Source: an uncultured Solirubrobacterales bacterium
GTDB lineage: Bacteria > Actinomycetota > Thermoleophilia > Solirubrobacterales > Solirubrobacteraceae
Reading direction: 5' to 3'
Assembly: GCA_963844475.1 (NCBI GenBank)
Contig: CAWJOL010000005.1
Span: 40,805-104,804, forward strand
DNA length: 64,000 nucleotides
How positions within the stretch are numbered: the stretch's first letter is position 1; every line of letters begins with the position of its first letter. Below are positions 12,994 through 27,368 of this stretch, one piece after another. Position numbers and translations under genes: made by a program. Below the pieces are notes generated by a model. It was not told where the DNA came from, ran no database searches, and saw nothing but the letters and a program-made list of their open reading frames with translations.

Positions 12994-13977
12994 TCAGGAC
13001 CCCTTCTTCGCCTTGATCGCGTCAGTCAGCTTGGGCAGGATCTTGTTCAGATCGCCCACGATGCCGAGATCCGAGAACTCGAAGATCGGTGCGTTCGCGT
13101 CCTTGTTGATCGCGACGATGTTCTCCGAGGACTGCATCCCGACCTTGTGCTGGATGGCGCCGGAGATCCCGGCCGCGAGGTACAGCTTGGGCGAGACGGT
13201 CTTGCCGGTCTGACCGATCTGCGCCGCATACGGGTACCAGCCGGCGTCGACCACCGCGCGGGTGGCCGCCACGGCGGCGTTGCCGCCGAACGCTCCGGCC
13301 AGCGCCTCAGCCAGCTCGAAGCCTTCGGCTTTACCCAGCCCGCGGCCACCGGCCACGAGGATGTCGGCACCTTCGATGTCGACATCGGCGCCGCGCTGCT
13401 CACCGCGCTGGACCATGCTGGCCTTGGTCGACCAGGGCGAGAGGTCGACGTCGACGTCGACCACTTCGGCCGAGCCGCCATCGCGCTGCACGCTCTCGAA
13501 CGCGTTGATGCGCCCGATGATGATCCCGAGATCGCCCCGGTACCGGGACACGGAGATCTTCGAGTCCTGCAGGATCGGCCGCTCGGCGACGAGCTTGCCG
13601 TCCTCGGCCCGCACCGCGGTTACCTCCATCGTCACACCGGCGTGCTTGCGGGCGGCCAGTCCGGCACCGATTTCGAAGCCGAGCAGACCACCGCCGAACA
13701 GGGCGTAGGCATGACCGTGATCGTCGATCACCTTGGCCATCACGTCGACGATCGGCTGCGCCAGGCCTTCAGGACCGCGGCCGCGGAACACCTTGGTGGC
13801 GCCGTAGGCACCGACCGACTGACACAGCTCGTCGGTCAGGTCGTCGCCACCGACCACGACGGCATGACACTCGCCGCCGATCTCCGCCGCGCGCGCGGCC
13901 CCCTCGGACACAGCGCCGAGCGAGTTCTTGTTGAGCTCGCCCTCGTAGTGAAGTACGTAGGTAAGGACGTCGGCCAT
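12994..13977 (-). CDS. etfA: ETF alpha subunit
   Basis: [29 protein letters not shown]. Confidence 0.97.
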   Translation of the reverse strand: MADVLTYVLHYEGELNKNSLGAVSEGAARAAEIGGECHAVVVGGDDLTDELCQSVGAYGATKVFRGRGPEGLAQPIVDVMAKVIDDHGHAYALFGGGLLGFEIGAGLAARKHAGVTMEVTAVRAEDGKLVAERPILQDSKISVSRYRGDLGIIIGRINAFESVQRDGGSAEVVDVDVDLSPWSTKASMVQRGEQRGADVDIEGADILVAGGRGLGKAEGFELAEALAGAFGGNAAVAATRAVVDAGWYPYAAQIGQTGKTVSPKLYLAAGISGAIQHKVGMQSSENIVAINKDANAPIFEFSDLGIVGDLNKILPKLTDAIKAKKGS

Positions 13978-13979
13978 AT

Positions 13980-14771
13980 CTAGATCAATTTCCTTTCATC
14001 GAGCCAGGCGACGATCTTCTCGACGGTCTCGTTGGTGTCCTCGTCCTCGATGATCTGGCCGGCGGACTTGGCGGGCGGGTCGTGGAAGTCGCCGCACTGC
14101 ACCCGCGAGCCGTCTTCGCCGACCAGCGACGCGTCGATTCCGACGTCACCGGTGGCCAGGGTCTCCATCGGCTTCTTCTTGGCCCCCATGATCGCCTTGA
14201 GCGACGGGTAACGGGGCTCGTTGATCGCATCTCCGACCGAGATCACGGCCGGCATCTCCACCTGCACGGTGTCGTAGCCGTACTCGGCCTGACGCTCGCA
14301 GCGCAGGGCGCCGCTTTCAACATCCATCTTGATCACCTGGGTCAGCGAGGGCATCTTCAGGTGGTCGGCCACCACCGCGCCGATCGTGTAGCACTCGCCA
14401 TCGTCAGACTGCTGGCCGAGCAGCACCAGATCGGGCTGCTCGGACTCGAGCGCCTTTGACAGGGCGTAGCCGGTCGCCGCGACGTCGGAACCGGCGAGCG
14501 CTTCGTCGGTCAGATGCAGTGAGCGGTCCGCGCCGAGCGACACGGCCTTGTGCAGCGCGCGTACGGCGGACTCAGGGCCCATCGTCACCGCGACGATCTC
14601 ATCGACTTCGACAGCGCCGCCTTCGCGGATCTGCATCGCAGCCTCAATGGCGTGCGTGTCATACGGATTCAGGTTCTTCTCGCCTGTTCGGTCCATTCGC
14701 CCCGTCGAGGGGTTGATGCGCTTCTCGACGGCGGCGTCCGGCACCTCTTTGACCAGGACGCAAATTTTCAA
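13980..14771 (-). CDS. etfB: ETF beta subunit
   Basis: ICVLVKEVPD, NPYD, INEPRYPSLKAIM. Confidence 0.97.
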   Translation of the reverse strand: MKICVLVKEVPDAAVEKRINPSTGRMDRTGEKNLNPYDTHAIEAAMQIREGGAVEVDEIVAVTMGPESAVRALHKAVSLGADRSLHLTDEALAGSDVAATGYALSKALESEQPDLVLLGQQSDDGECYTIGAVVADHLKMPSLTQVIKMDVESGALRCERQAEYGYDTVQVEMPAVISVGDAINEPRYPSLKAIMGAKKKPMETLATGDVGIDASLVGEDGSRVQCGDFHDPPAKSAGQIIEDEDTNETVEKIVAWLDERKLI

Positions 14772-14809
14772 CAGTGCCTCCTTCTCGAAACGGACCTCAT
14801 ATTACCCGG

Positions 14810-14825
14810 TTGACTGACGAGTCAA
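14810..14825. promoter_or_regulatory. Palindromic operator over the etfB promoter
   Basis: TTGACT-GACG-AGTCAA perfect 6-bp arms; on the - strand TTGACT is followed after 15 nt by TAATAT. Confidence 0.6.
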
Positions 14826-14888
14826 TCGGCCGCAGAGCTGATGCTGACCGGTCGCCTCGGTGCGACGATTTTCCATTCGACTTCGGCG

Positions 14889-15296
14889 CTACGCCCGAAC
14901 GGCGTTGCGAATGAAGTCGACGGCTTGCTGAGATGACGCGCCGGGAGTGAACACCTCGGCGACGCCGAGAGATTTCAGCTCCTCGACATCATCGGAGGGA
15001 ATCGTCCCGCCGACCGTCACGACCACGTCGTCGATTCCTTGCTCGGCCAGCAGTTCCATGATCTTCGGCACCAGCGTCATGTGCGCGCCGGAGAGAATCG
15101 ACAGCCCGACGGCGTCGGCGTCTTCCTGGATGACCGTTTCGACGATCTGCTCCGGCGTCTGGTGCAGTCCGGTGTAGATCACCTCCATCCCGGCATCGCG
15201 CAACGCGCGAGCGATGATCTTCGCGCCGCGATCGTGCCCGTCAAGTCCGGGCTTCGCGACTACGACGCGAATCTTCTTCTCAGAGGAGGTGGCCAT
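14889..15296 (-). CDS. icmB: Acyl-CoA mutase small (cobalamin-binding) subunit, IcmB-like
   Basis: [21 protein letters not shown]. Confidence 0.85.
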   Translation of the reverse strand: MATSSEKKIRVVVAKPGLDGHDRGAKIIARALRDAGMEVIYTGLHQTPEQIVETVIQEDADAVGLSILSGAHMTLVPKIMELLAEQGIDDVVVTVGGTIPSDDVEELKSLGVAEVFTPGASSQQAVDFIRNAVRA

Positions 15297-15417
15297 CGGG
15301 AATCCGCCAGGCGGTTGCGTTCGTGCGCCGCGCCTGCGGGCGCCGGGATTGTAATGCGGCTGCGGCGCACGTGCGCGGCCAGGTGTGGAGCTCGAAGGTC
15401 AGCTTCGCGGCCGGTGG

Positions 15418-17079
<1,662 letters not shown>

Positions 17080-17140
17080 GCTGGAAGTCTACGGTCACTG
17101 TTGTTGGTGCGGGTGCCCCACGGTTACGCTTCTCGGGGGG

Positions 17141-18911
17141 ATGGGACTTCCGCGCTTGCTCGCAACCGGCCTGCTGGCCTGTCTGTGCTCGGCTGCCCCA
17201 GCGGCGGCTGCGATCACCAGTTCCTCGGTGAGCACGCCCGGCGGACGGCGCCGAGCTGTTCTACGACGGCGACGCGGGCAGCGGCAGCCTGACCGTACGC
17301 GGGACCGCCGCGCCCGCCGGGCACGCGAACAGGGGCGACCTGCTGTGCTACACCGTGGGGGATTCGAAGCTGGACCAAGCTGGCGTCGGGGATCGACACC
17401 TCCACCGGCAGCTTTGCCACCGGCGTCTCGCTCTCGCCGGTCGCCGGCGCCGCCTGTCGTCTGGCTCTGGTCCCCGCTGGCAAGACGCCCACCGGCGGCG
17501 CTGCGGCGGCGTTCGCCGGCCCGGCGATCAGCGTCAGCGACCGGTTCTCCCACTCATCGGGCGGCAACCTTTACGGCTACTACGTGCTCTCGGGCACGCT
17601 CGCGTGGTCGTTCGCGCTGCAATCGCTCGGCGAGTGCCCGGTGAGCACCTCCTACGCCACCGACCCGTCCACGCTGGGCAGCTTCTCGCTGTTCACCGGC
17701 GACGCCTGCCTGTCCAAGGTCAGCGGCGTGGGCGTGGCCGCGGCGACGCGGTCGGCCCTCCAGGTCGACGGACTGAATGCGTACAGCCCAGCGGCGGTGG
17801 CGGCGCTGACCGGCCAGCCCGGCTACCAGCCCCTGAGCTACAGCGCCGCGTTCAATGCCACCCACGACACGGTGACGATCTCCGAGACCGACACGCCGAC
17901 CATCTGCGACCCGCCGGCGAGGTTCCCGCCCACCAGCACGACCTGCCCGTCGATGCACGATTCCGGTATCCGGATCAGCCAGATCACCCAACTGCTCCCC
18001 GGTGGCCAGGTGGTTCGCGTCCACCAGCAGTTCACCAGCGTCGACGGGCGCCCGCACGCTCTCGACGCGCTGTTCTCACAGTCCGTCCAGGCTCCCGTCG
18101 GCCGGGCAGTCACCCGGGTTCGAGTTCCCGGGCCAGAGCTCGTTTGCCACGCACCGCAAGCCGGACAGCTTCTCGGCCTTCGGGGCCGGTCCCAGCTCCA
18201 TCTTTGTCGTCAGCAACGCGGCCGGCCTGTTACCGGCGACCTCCAACCCGATCGGGGCGATCACCTTCGGGCGCCCGCCCCAGGACGCGTCGTTTGTCAG
18301 CTCGGCCGGTGCCCAGACCGCCACGCTCCTGATGCACTACGGCGACAGCCTCCCGGCCGGAGGGAACGTGGCCTACGACTGGTCGTTCTCACAGGCCTCG
18401 AGCACGACCGCGGTGAGCTCGCTGGAGCGAACCGAGCGCGATCGCTTCGCCAGTCCCGACGGTCAGGATCCTCAGCCCGCGCTCCGGAGCATCGGTCACC
18501 AACGGGACGCTGACCGTGCGCGGGACCGTCTCAGATCCGGTCGGCGTGACCGCCCTCACCGTGGGCGGGCGAGGCGTGGCCGCCGCGGCTGGTGGCGCGT
18601 TCACGGCCTCGGTCAAGCTGCGCACCGGCCGCAACGTGGTCCTCGCCACGGCCACCAATGCCGCCGGCAACACGAGCACGGCGTCGGTGACGGTCACGCT
18701 CAAGGCCGCGCGCTGCAAGGTGCCAAAGCTCGGGGCCAGACGCTCCCCGCGGCCAAGCGATTGCTGGCCCGCAGTCACTGCGGGGTGGGAAAGATCGCCC
18801 ACGCCCGCTCATCGAAGGTCAGCATGGGCCGGGTCGATCTCGAGCTCCCCCGGCGGGCGGCAGTCACCGACGCGGGACCGGATCCGTCTGCTCCTCAGTC
18901 GCGGTCCGTAG
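17141..18911 (+). CDS. Secreted protein with Ig-like and C-terminal PASTA-like domains (frameshifted)
   Basis: Signal peptide from ATG 17141; ATNAAGN Ig-like strand; CKVPKL...[16 protein letters not shown]. Confidence 0.6.
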
Positions 18912-19684
18912 CGCAAGCTCCTCGGAGCGGGTCCGCGCCACCAGCGCGACGCTCCCGACCCCGCCGGCGGCCGCCGCGCCGGCCAGCGCGAGGCTCAGCT
19001 TCAGCCGCCGGCCAAGCCGATCGAAGCGCAGCACTCCCCAGTCCTCGCGGCGGGCCACCGCCAGCAGCTCCTTATCCGGGTTGACCGCCACGGCGTGGCC
19101 CACAACCTGCAGCATCGGGAGATCGGATTCCGAATCCGAGTAGGCGAACGAAGCGGCCAGATCGATGTCCTCGCGTTCGGCCAGGCGCCGTGATCGCCTC
19201 CGCCTTGTCGCTGCGGTAGACGAACAGTCCCGTCGGGCTTCCCGGTGTAGACACCGTCGACAGCCTCGGAGAAGTTCGACCCGATCGCGCCGTCGAACGC
19301 CAGCACGCGGGCGAGCATCTCCGCCAGCTCGTGCGAGGCCGCGGTGACGATGTAAACCTGTCGCCCCGCGTCCTGGTGCTCATGGGCGACCGCCAGCATC
19401 TGCGGGTACAGCCGCGGCAGGATGCCGGCCAGGACGTCGGGCCCCAGCCGTTCCAGATCGACGACTCGGGTGCCGGCCAGCGACTTTGAGATCCGCTCGC
19501 GCAGCGCCTGCGTGCCGGCATCGGTCGAGCCGCGCAGCCGAAACTGGACGTTGGCCCAGGCGTCAGCCGCCAGCTGGCGGCGGGAGAGCAGGCCGGCCCG
19601 GTAGGCCGCCCGCCCGAACTGGAACGCCGAGGACCCCTGCATCAGGGTCCGGTCCAGATCGAAGAAGGCGGCCTGGACGCTCAG
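18864..19684 (-). CDS. HAD-IB family hydrolase (frameshifted)
   Basis: [33 protein letters not shown]. Confidence 0.88.
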
Positions 19685-20866
19685 CCGCCGTTCACCTCCA
19701 CGATCACCGCGTCGCCCTGGCCTCCACCGGAGCAGATCGCCGCGCAGCCGATGCCGCCGCCGCGCCGGCGCAGCTCCAGCACCAGTGAGCCGAGGATCCG
19801 CGCGCCCGAGGCGCCGATCGGATGCCCCAGCGCCACCGCTCCTCCATTGACGTTGACCCGGTCCTCGTCGATCCCGAGCATCCGGATCGAGTTCAGCGTC
19901 ACGGAGGCAAAGGCCTCGTTGATCTCCCAGACGTCGATCTCCTCGGCCTTCAGCCCGAGCTTCTCGAGCGCCTTCTCGGCCGCCCTGGCTGGGGTTCGGG
20001 CCAGGTAGGCGAAGTCGTCGGCGACCTGCGCCTGGGCGATGATCGTGGCCAGCACGGTCTTGCCGTTGCGCTTGGCCCACTCATCGCTGGCCAGCACCAG
20101 GGCGCCGCCGCCGTCGTTGACGCCGGGTGCGTTCCCCGCCGTGTGCGAGCCGTCCTTGACGAAGATCGGCGGGAGCTTGGCCAGCGACTCGAGACTCGTG
20201 TCGCGGCGCGGCGCTTCGTCGATCTCGACCACGGTGTCCCCCTTCTTGCCCTTGACCGTGACCGGCACGATCTCCTCGGGCAGGCGGCCCTCGTCGGTCG
20301 CCTTGATCGCCAGCTGATGCGAGCGCAGCGACCAGCGATCCATGTCCGGGCGCGTCAGCTCGAGCTCGCCGGCCACCTCGCTGGCCTCCTGGGCCATGTG
20401 CTTGCCGGAGAACGGGTTGGTCAGCCCGTCGTTGATCATCGAGTCGATCGCCTTGGCGTCGCCCATCCGGAAACCGAAACGAGCCTGCTTGAGCAGGTAC
20501 GGGGCGTTGGACATGGACTCCATCCCGCCGGCCGACGGCGACCTCGAGGTCTCCGGCGCGGATCGCTGCGTCGAGCAGCCCGGCCGCGCGGATCCCGGAG
20601 GCGCAGACCTTGTTGATCGTCTCCGAGGAGACCTCCTTGGGGATCCCGGCCTTGATCTGCGCCTGGCGGGAGGGGATCTGACCCTGGCCGGCCTGGATCA
20701 CCTGGCCCATGACGACGTGCTGGACCTCTTCAGGAGCGACGTCCGCGCGCTCGAGCGCGCCCTTGATCGCTGTGCCGCCGAGCTCGGTCGCGTCGAGGCT
20801 GGCCAGGCCGCCGCCGAGCTTTCCGATTGGCGTGCGGGCAGCAGAGAGGATCACGGTCTTGGGCAT
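19681..20866 (-). CDS. Acetyl-CoA C-acyltransferase (thiolase), 1 frameshift
   Basis: TINKVCASG, NEAFA, NGGAVALGHPIGASG, AICSGGG. Confidence 0.95.
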
Positions 20867-20950
20867 CTGGTGGCGACTCCGATTTCGCTGAGGGGAGGGC
20901 TCAATGCTAGTGGGGCCGGCCGAACGTCGCCCGTTGCTAGGGTGCCCGGG

Positions 20951-22396
<1,446 letters not shown>

Positions 22397-22400
22397 ACGC

Positions 22401-22853
22401 TCAGATCCGGATCACCGCCAGCAGCCGGCGCAGCAGGCCGAGGCTGCCCCGCACGCGCACCCGGCGCGTGGCCACCATGCCCAGAGCCGTGCGCCCGCGG
22501 GCGGTGATGGGCAGCGGCACACCGCCGGCCAACGGCGCCACCAGCAGGCTGATCAGGTCCGCCAGCTCGCCGGCGACGCGCAGCTCCGGGTTCCGCGCGG
22601 GACCATCTTCGACCAGCACCGCGCTCCGCTGCGAAGACGATCCGCACCGGCGGATAGCCGCCGTGCACGGCGAGCTCGACCTCGACCTCGATGCTGCGGG
22701 CCAGCTCCGGGCGGCGCCGGACGCCGCGCTCGACGATGGCGAGGATCGCGGGCGCCAGACCGCCCTCGGCATCAGGGTCCCCAGTCTGACCTGAGGTGGC
22801 GCAAGCGCAGCCCGGCGTGTCCGGCGCGGGCGCGGCCTGGTTCTATCCGGCAC
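22401..22853 (-). CDS. Hypothetical protein, possibly SCP2-like (frameshifted)
   Basis: C-terminus VATRRVRVRGSLGLLRRLL resembles SCP2-type ends; coding-like segments in two frames. Confidence 0.45.
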   Translation of the reverse strand: MPDRTRPRPRRTRRAALAPPQVRLGTLMPRAVWRPRSSPSSSAASGAARSWPAASRSRSSSPCTAAIRRCGSSSQRSAVLVEDGPARNPELRVAGELADLISLLVAPLAGGVPLPITARGRTALGMVATRRVRVRGSLGLLRRLLAVIRI

Positions 22854-22900
22854 GCGCGGATCGTACGACGGAAGGCCCGCTCCCCTGGGACAATGGCCGC

Positions 22901-24053
22901 GTGCAGTTCGAGCTCAGCGATCGATCACCGGCTGCTGCGGGAGACCGTCCGCGACTTCGCCGAGCAGGAGATCGCCCCGGTCGCCGAGCACCTCGACGCG
23001 ACCAAGAGCTTTCCCTACGAGATCGTCGCGCGCCTCGGCGAGCTCGACCTGATGGGCATCCCGTTCCCCGAGGAGTACGGAGGCGCGGGCGGCGACTCGC
23101 TGGCCTACGCGCTCGCCGTCGAGGAGCTGGCGCGGATCGATTCCTCGGTGGCGATCACGCTGTGCGCGCACACGTCGCTGGGCACGCAGCCGCTCTACCT
23201 GTTCGGCTCCGAGGAGCAGAAGCGGCAGTGGATGCCGCGCCTGTGCGCTGGGGAGCGCCTCGCCGCCTTCGGCCTGACCGAGCCCGAGGCGGGATCGGAC
23301 GCGGGCAACACCCAGACCCGGGCCGTGCGCGCAGGACGGCGAGCTGGGTGATCAACGGCTCCAAGCAGTTCATCACCAACGCCGGCACCGACATCTCCGC
23401 CCTGGTCGTGATCACCGCCGTGACCGGGCCAGGAGGATGGGGTCAAGGAGATCTCCAACCTGCTGGTCGAGAACGGCACGCCGGGGTACGAGCCAGGCGC
23501 GCCATACCGCAAGATGGGCTGGAACGCCTCCGATACCCGTCCGCTCTCCTTCAGCCGACTGCCGCGTGCCGGCGGAGAACCTCGTCGGCCAGCGGGGCGG
23601 CGGGTCTGCGCCAGTTCTTCCACGTGCTCGACATCGGACGCATCGGGGTGGCCGCGATGGGAATCGGGCTGGCGCAGGGCGCGCTTGACCAGGCGCTGGC
23701 CTACGCCGCGCGAGCGACGAGCCTTCGGACAGCCGATCTCACGCTTCCAGACCATCCAGGCCAAGCTCGCCGACCTCTCGACCGAGATCGAGGCGACCCG
23801 ATTGCTCGTGCACAAGGCGGCGTGGCTGAAGGATCAGGGCCGCAACTTCACCCTGACCGCCGCCCAGGCCAAGCTCAAGAGCGGCCGGCTGGCGGTCCGC
23901 GCCGCCGACGAGGCGGTGCAGATCCACGGCGGCTACGGCTACATCGAGGAGTACCCCATCTGCCGCTTCTACCGCGACGCGAAGATCCTGACCATCGGCG
24001 AGGGGACCGACGAGGTGCAGCAGATGGTGATCGCGCGGGCGCTCGGGACGTGA
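22901..24053 (+). CDS. Acyl-CoA dehydrogenase (frameshifted)
   Basis: FGLTEPEAGSD, NGSKQFITN, QIHGGYGY, TIGEGTDEVQ. Confidence 0.95.
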
Positions 24054-24638
24054 GCCCGGCACGCAGTGGCCGGTGCTTCGGCGTCGTCACCGCCGGCCTC
24101 ACGCTGGCGCTCGCCGCTGCGCCTGGCCCGCTGAGCATCGGCGGCGGCGGACACGCCCGCGGCACCCGGGAGCGCCCGGCTGCTGGGACCGTTCGACCTG
24201 GCTGGCCACGTCACCGTGGCCAAGCGGGTCGCTGGGCGAGCGCGCCGGCCAGAACTTTCACCGCACCTGGACGTTCTTTCCGACGCTGCCGCGCGGGCTC
24301 GTGCGCCACCGTCGGCCTGGTCCGCGAGCGGGCCGGCGGCAGCGACCGGCTGACCCTGCACCGCGAGGCGCCGGGGAGCTACACCGGCGCCGGGCGGTTC
24401 ATCGCGCCGCTGCGCTGCGGGCGTCGGACCTACGCCCGAGGACAGTCGGTTCCGTTCACGGTCACGGTGCAGCGTCACCGCGGCCGTCGCGCTGAGCAGC
24501 GGCGAGGTCGTGGCCACCCGCGTGTCGGCCACGCTACACGAACTCCTCGCGGACCAACCTGACGCCCTGCTTCGCCGTGCTGGGCCACGACGCCGCCACG
24601 TACACGGGCACTCGGTTCCGGTGCCGGGTCAGGTCTGA
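24050..24638 (+). CDS. Hypothetical secreted protein (frameshifted)
   Basis: GTGA overlap with the upstream stop; signal-like N-terminus; fragments in several frames. Confidence 0.4.
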
Positions 24639-24692
24639 ACCGGGCCGGGGCTCGATCCCGGTCCCCGGGCAAAACGGCGCGCGCAGGGCCGC

Positions 24693-26193
24693 CTAGCGCC
24701 CGATCGCCTGAGGGAAGTTGAACCGGTGCTCGGGGTCGATGAGCTGGCGGATCTGCTTCAGGCGCCGGTAGTTCTTGCCGTAGTACGCGCTCTGCCAGCC
24801 GTTCAGATCCGCGTCGATGTAGTTCTGGTACGCGCTCCCGGAGACGTAGGGACCGCATCGCCGCGTGGGTCTGATCGAGCCAGGCCGCGCCACCGCCGTA
24901 GCTGAGGTACTGGATGCAGAACAGCGGCGTCGCGGTGCACGAACGCGGTGGCCTGGGGGTGCACGCGATTGATCGCGCCACCGTAGGCATCCATCAGCAG
25001 CGCGCCTGAGCCCGGCTGTGAGGCGCGGCGCTCGGCGGCAGCTGAGCAGCGTGGCGATCGCGCCTGAGGGGAGCGCGCGCTTGACGTAGTCGGACTTCGC
25101 GCGGAAGCTGGCCCGCTCAAGCGTTCCCCCGGCGGCCGTGCCCGCTGGTGTGACACGCCGCGAGGCCGGTGTGCGCGCACCCGCCCAGCGCAGCTGCAGT
25201 CGCGAGATAGTCCTGATCGCCGGTCACCACGCCGCGCCCGGGACGTTGCGCAACGGGCGCGAGCAGCCGGCTCAGTCCCGATGCGGGCCCGAGGTACTGT
25301 CCGCTGACGCTGATCGATGGGCTCCCGCCGCCGGCGTTGAGGTGCAGGATCGAGGTCAGCTCCGGCCGGGTGTGGGGAGCCCAGGCCTGCCAGGCCGCGA
25401 GCGCCTCAGCCGCTGAGGACCAGGGCCAGGAGACGAAGAAATACGCGGCGCTGGCTGGGCAGCGGATGCGCCCGGAAGGTGAACTCGGTGACCACGCCGA
25501 AGTTGCCGCCGCCGCCTCCGCGCAAGCGCCCACAGCAGGTCCGGATCGGTGCGGTTGTCGACCTCGCGCAGTTTGCCGTCGGCGGTGACGATCTGGGCGC
25601 GCGAGCAGGTTGTCGGTCGTCAGCCCCAGGGCGCGGGCGGCCAGTCCCATGCCGCCGCCCAGGGTCACACCGGCGATGCCCACCGATGGACACGAGCCCG
25701 CCGGGATCGTCGCTCCGCGTCTGGCCAGCCCGGCGTAGACATCGATCAGCTGAGCGCCGGCTCCGACGGTTGCCGTCCGCTGGCGGTGGTCGACGGAGAC
25801 GTGGCCGAGATGGCGCAGATCGAGCACGACGCCGCCGGAGAGCGTCGAGTACCCGGCGTAGCTGTGGCCTCCGGACCGAGCGCGCAGCGGCGTGTCGTGG
25901 GCCAGCAGCCAGCGCACGGCGCCGCGCACGTCGGCGGCGTCGAGCGGCCGCGCCACCGCGGCGGGAAGGACTCCGTCGAAGCGCTCGTTGTAGACGTGGG
26001 CCGCCCCGGCGTATCCGGGTGACCCGCGCTCGAACACATGGCCGCGCATCGCCTGCTGGAGCGTGCGCGGCATCGTGCTGACGCGGCGCGCGGGCCTAGC
26101 CAGGGAGCCGCGGGGGGCGCCGAGCAGCTCGCCGCCGGCGGCGAATGCGGCCAGTCTGGCCAGGAAGCTCCTGCGCCCGATCTCCACCCCCAT
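24693..26193 (-). CDS. Tat-exported berberine-bridge-enzyme-like FAD oxidase (frameshifted)
   Basis: GRRSFL Tat motif; RSGGHS and GSCPSVG (bicovalent FAD His/Cys); AYQNYID...YYGKNY...IDPEHRF BBE domain. Confidence 0.9.
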
Positions 26194-26231
26194 GCGCGGA
26201 GCCTTTCACACCCGGCGGGGGCGATGGGAAA

Positions 26232-26702
26232 TCACCCGCCGAGGCGGTCAGCCGCGCGGGGCTTGACCCGGAGCGAGCGCAGCACGTGGCCGAGCTCGGC
26301 GAGCTGGCGGCGGCGCCCGGAACGGTCTCCGGCCAGCACCACGTAGAGGCACAGCGGCCGTCCCGCCTGGGTGAAGAACTGCTGCGTTCCCACCTGGCCC
26401 GGGCGCGGATGCGCGAGGGCGCGGGCGGCGAATCTCGTCGGATCGAGCGGCAGCTTGAGCCGCGGCGCGGCGAACAGGCCCGCGCCGGGGTTGAGCCCGG
26501 CGCCCGGCACATACTCGGTCAGCGCGAGAAAGCAGGCGCCGCGAGGCATGCGGCCCGTGCTGCGATCGCCGAACTCGCCATCGTTGATGGCCAGCGTGTA
26601 ATTGCCGGCGTGCAATGTGGCCGCGCCATCGTGACGGCTGAACACGCGGCCGCTCCACCCACGCGGCAACTCGATCTCGATTCCGTGGGCGTCGATTCTC
26701 AC
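26232..26702 (-). CDS. Hypothetical protein, last gene of the mau-like operon
   Basis: GTG at 26702 overlaps the upstream stop; 156-aa soluble protein RIDAHGIEIELPRGWSGRVF... Confidence 0.7.
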   Translation of the reverse strand: MRIDAHGIEIELPRGWSGRVFSRHDGAATLHAGNYTLAINDGEFGDRSTGRMPRGACFLALTEYVPGAGLNPGAGLFAAPRLKLPLDPTRFAARALAHPRPGQVGTQQFFTQAGRPLCLYVVLAGDRSGRRRQLAELGHVLRSLRVKPRAADRLGG

Positions 26703-27367
26703 GCGGCACCGACCAGAGCCAGGGCCAGGAGCACGACCAGCAGCACCGGCGTGAGCCGAGCGACGGCCCCGCGCCAGTGCTCGAGCCGTCCATGCAGGGC
26801 AAGCAGCTGATCGGGGCGGCGGATGCGCGCGCCCAGCAGCGGCGTCAGCCCCCGGACCGCGCCGTAGCAACCGAGCACCAGCGCCCCCCGGCCCGGATCG
26901 CCGGTCAGCAGGGCCGCGACGACCGCCACGTAGGTGGCCGCACTGCTCACTACCGTGCTCAGACCGAACCCCAGCTGCGCGCCGAAGCCGAGGCCGTACA
27001 CCCAACCTCGGTACTCGTCCAGCCAGCGCTCGTTGACCTGGCGCCGTGGGCCGGGTACACGGCCCGGCAGCAGGTCGAGGATCACCGCGACGGCGAGGGC
27101 GACGCCGAGCACGGCCAGCCGAGCCCGGGAACCCACCGCGTCGCCCAGGATCAAGCTGCCGAGCGCCCCCAGAGCCGCTCCGCTCACCACGCCGGTCAGC
27201 ACCGCGCCGAGCGCGAATGCGCTCACCGTCAGCGACCACCTCGATCGTCGGCCCCGCTCGCCGAGCGGGGTGATGCTGGCCAGCATCGACTCGCCTCAGG
27301 GAGACCAGGCCGCCGCAACGGCCCCGAGGACCGCGGCCAAGCAACCGAGGACGACGAGTTCGCTCAA
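26699..27367 (-). CDS. MauF-like membrane protein with in-frame UGA at codon 24 (candidate selenocysteine)
   Basis: TTG start 1 nt after the upstream stop; MSELVVLGCLAAVLGAVAAAWSP-UGA-GESMLASITPLGER continues in frame into the 195-aa ORF; RRQVNERW and GAQLGFG MauF-like motifs. Confidence 0.75.
27252..27298 (-). promoter_or_regulatory. Candidate SECIS/recoding element after the UGA
   Basis: UGA + 8 nt, then GAUGCU-GGCC-AGCAUC hairpin, then CCCCGCUC-GGC-GAGCGGGG hairpin. Confidence 0.5.
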
Positions 27368-27368
27368 T

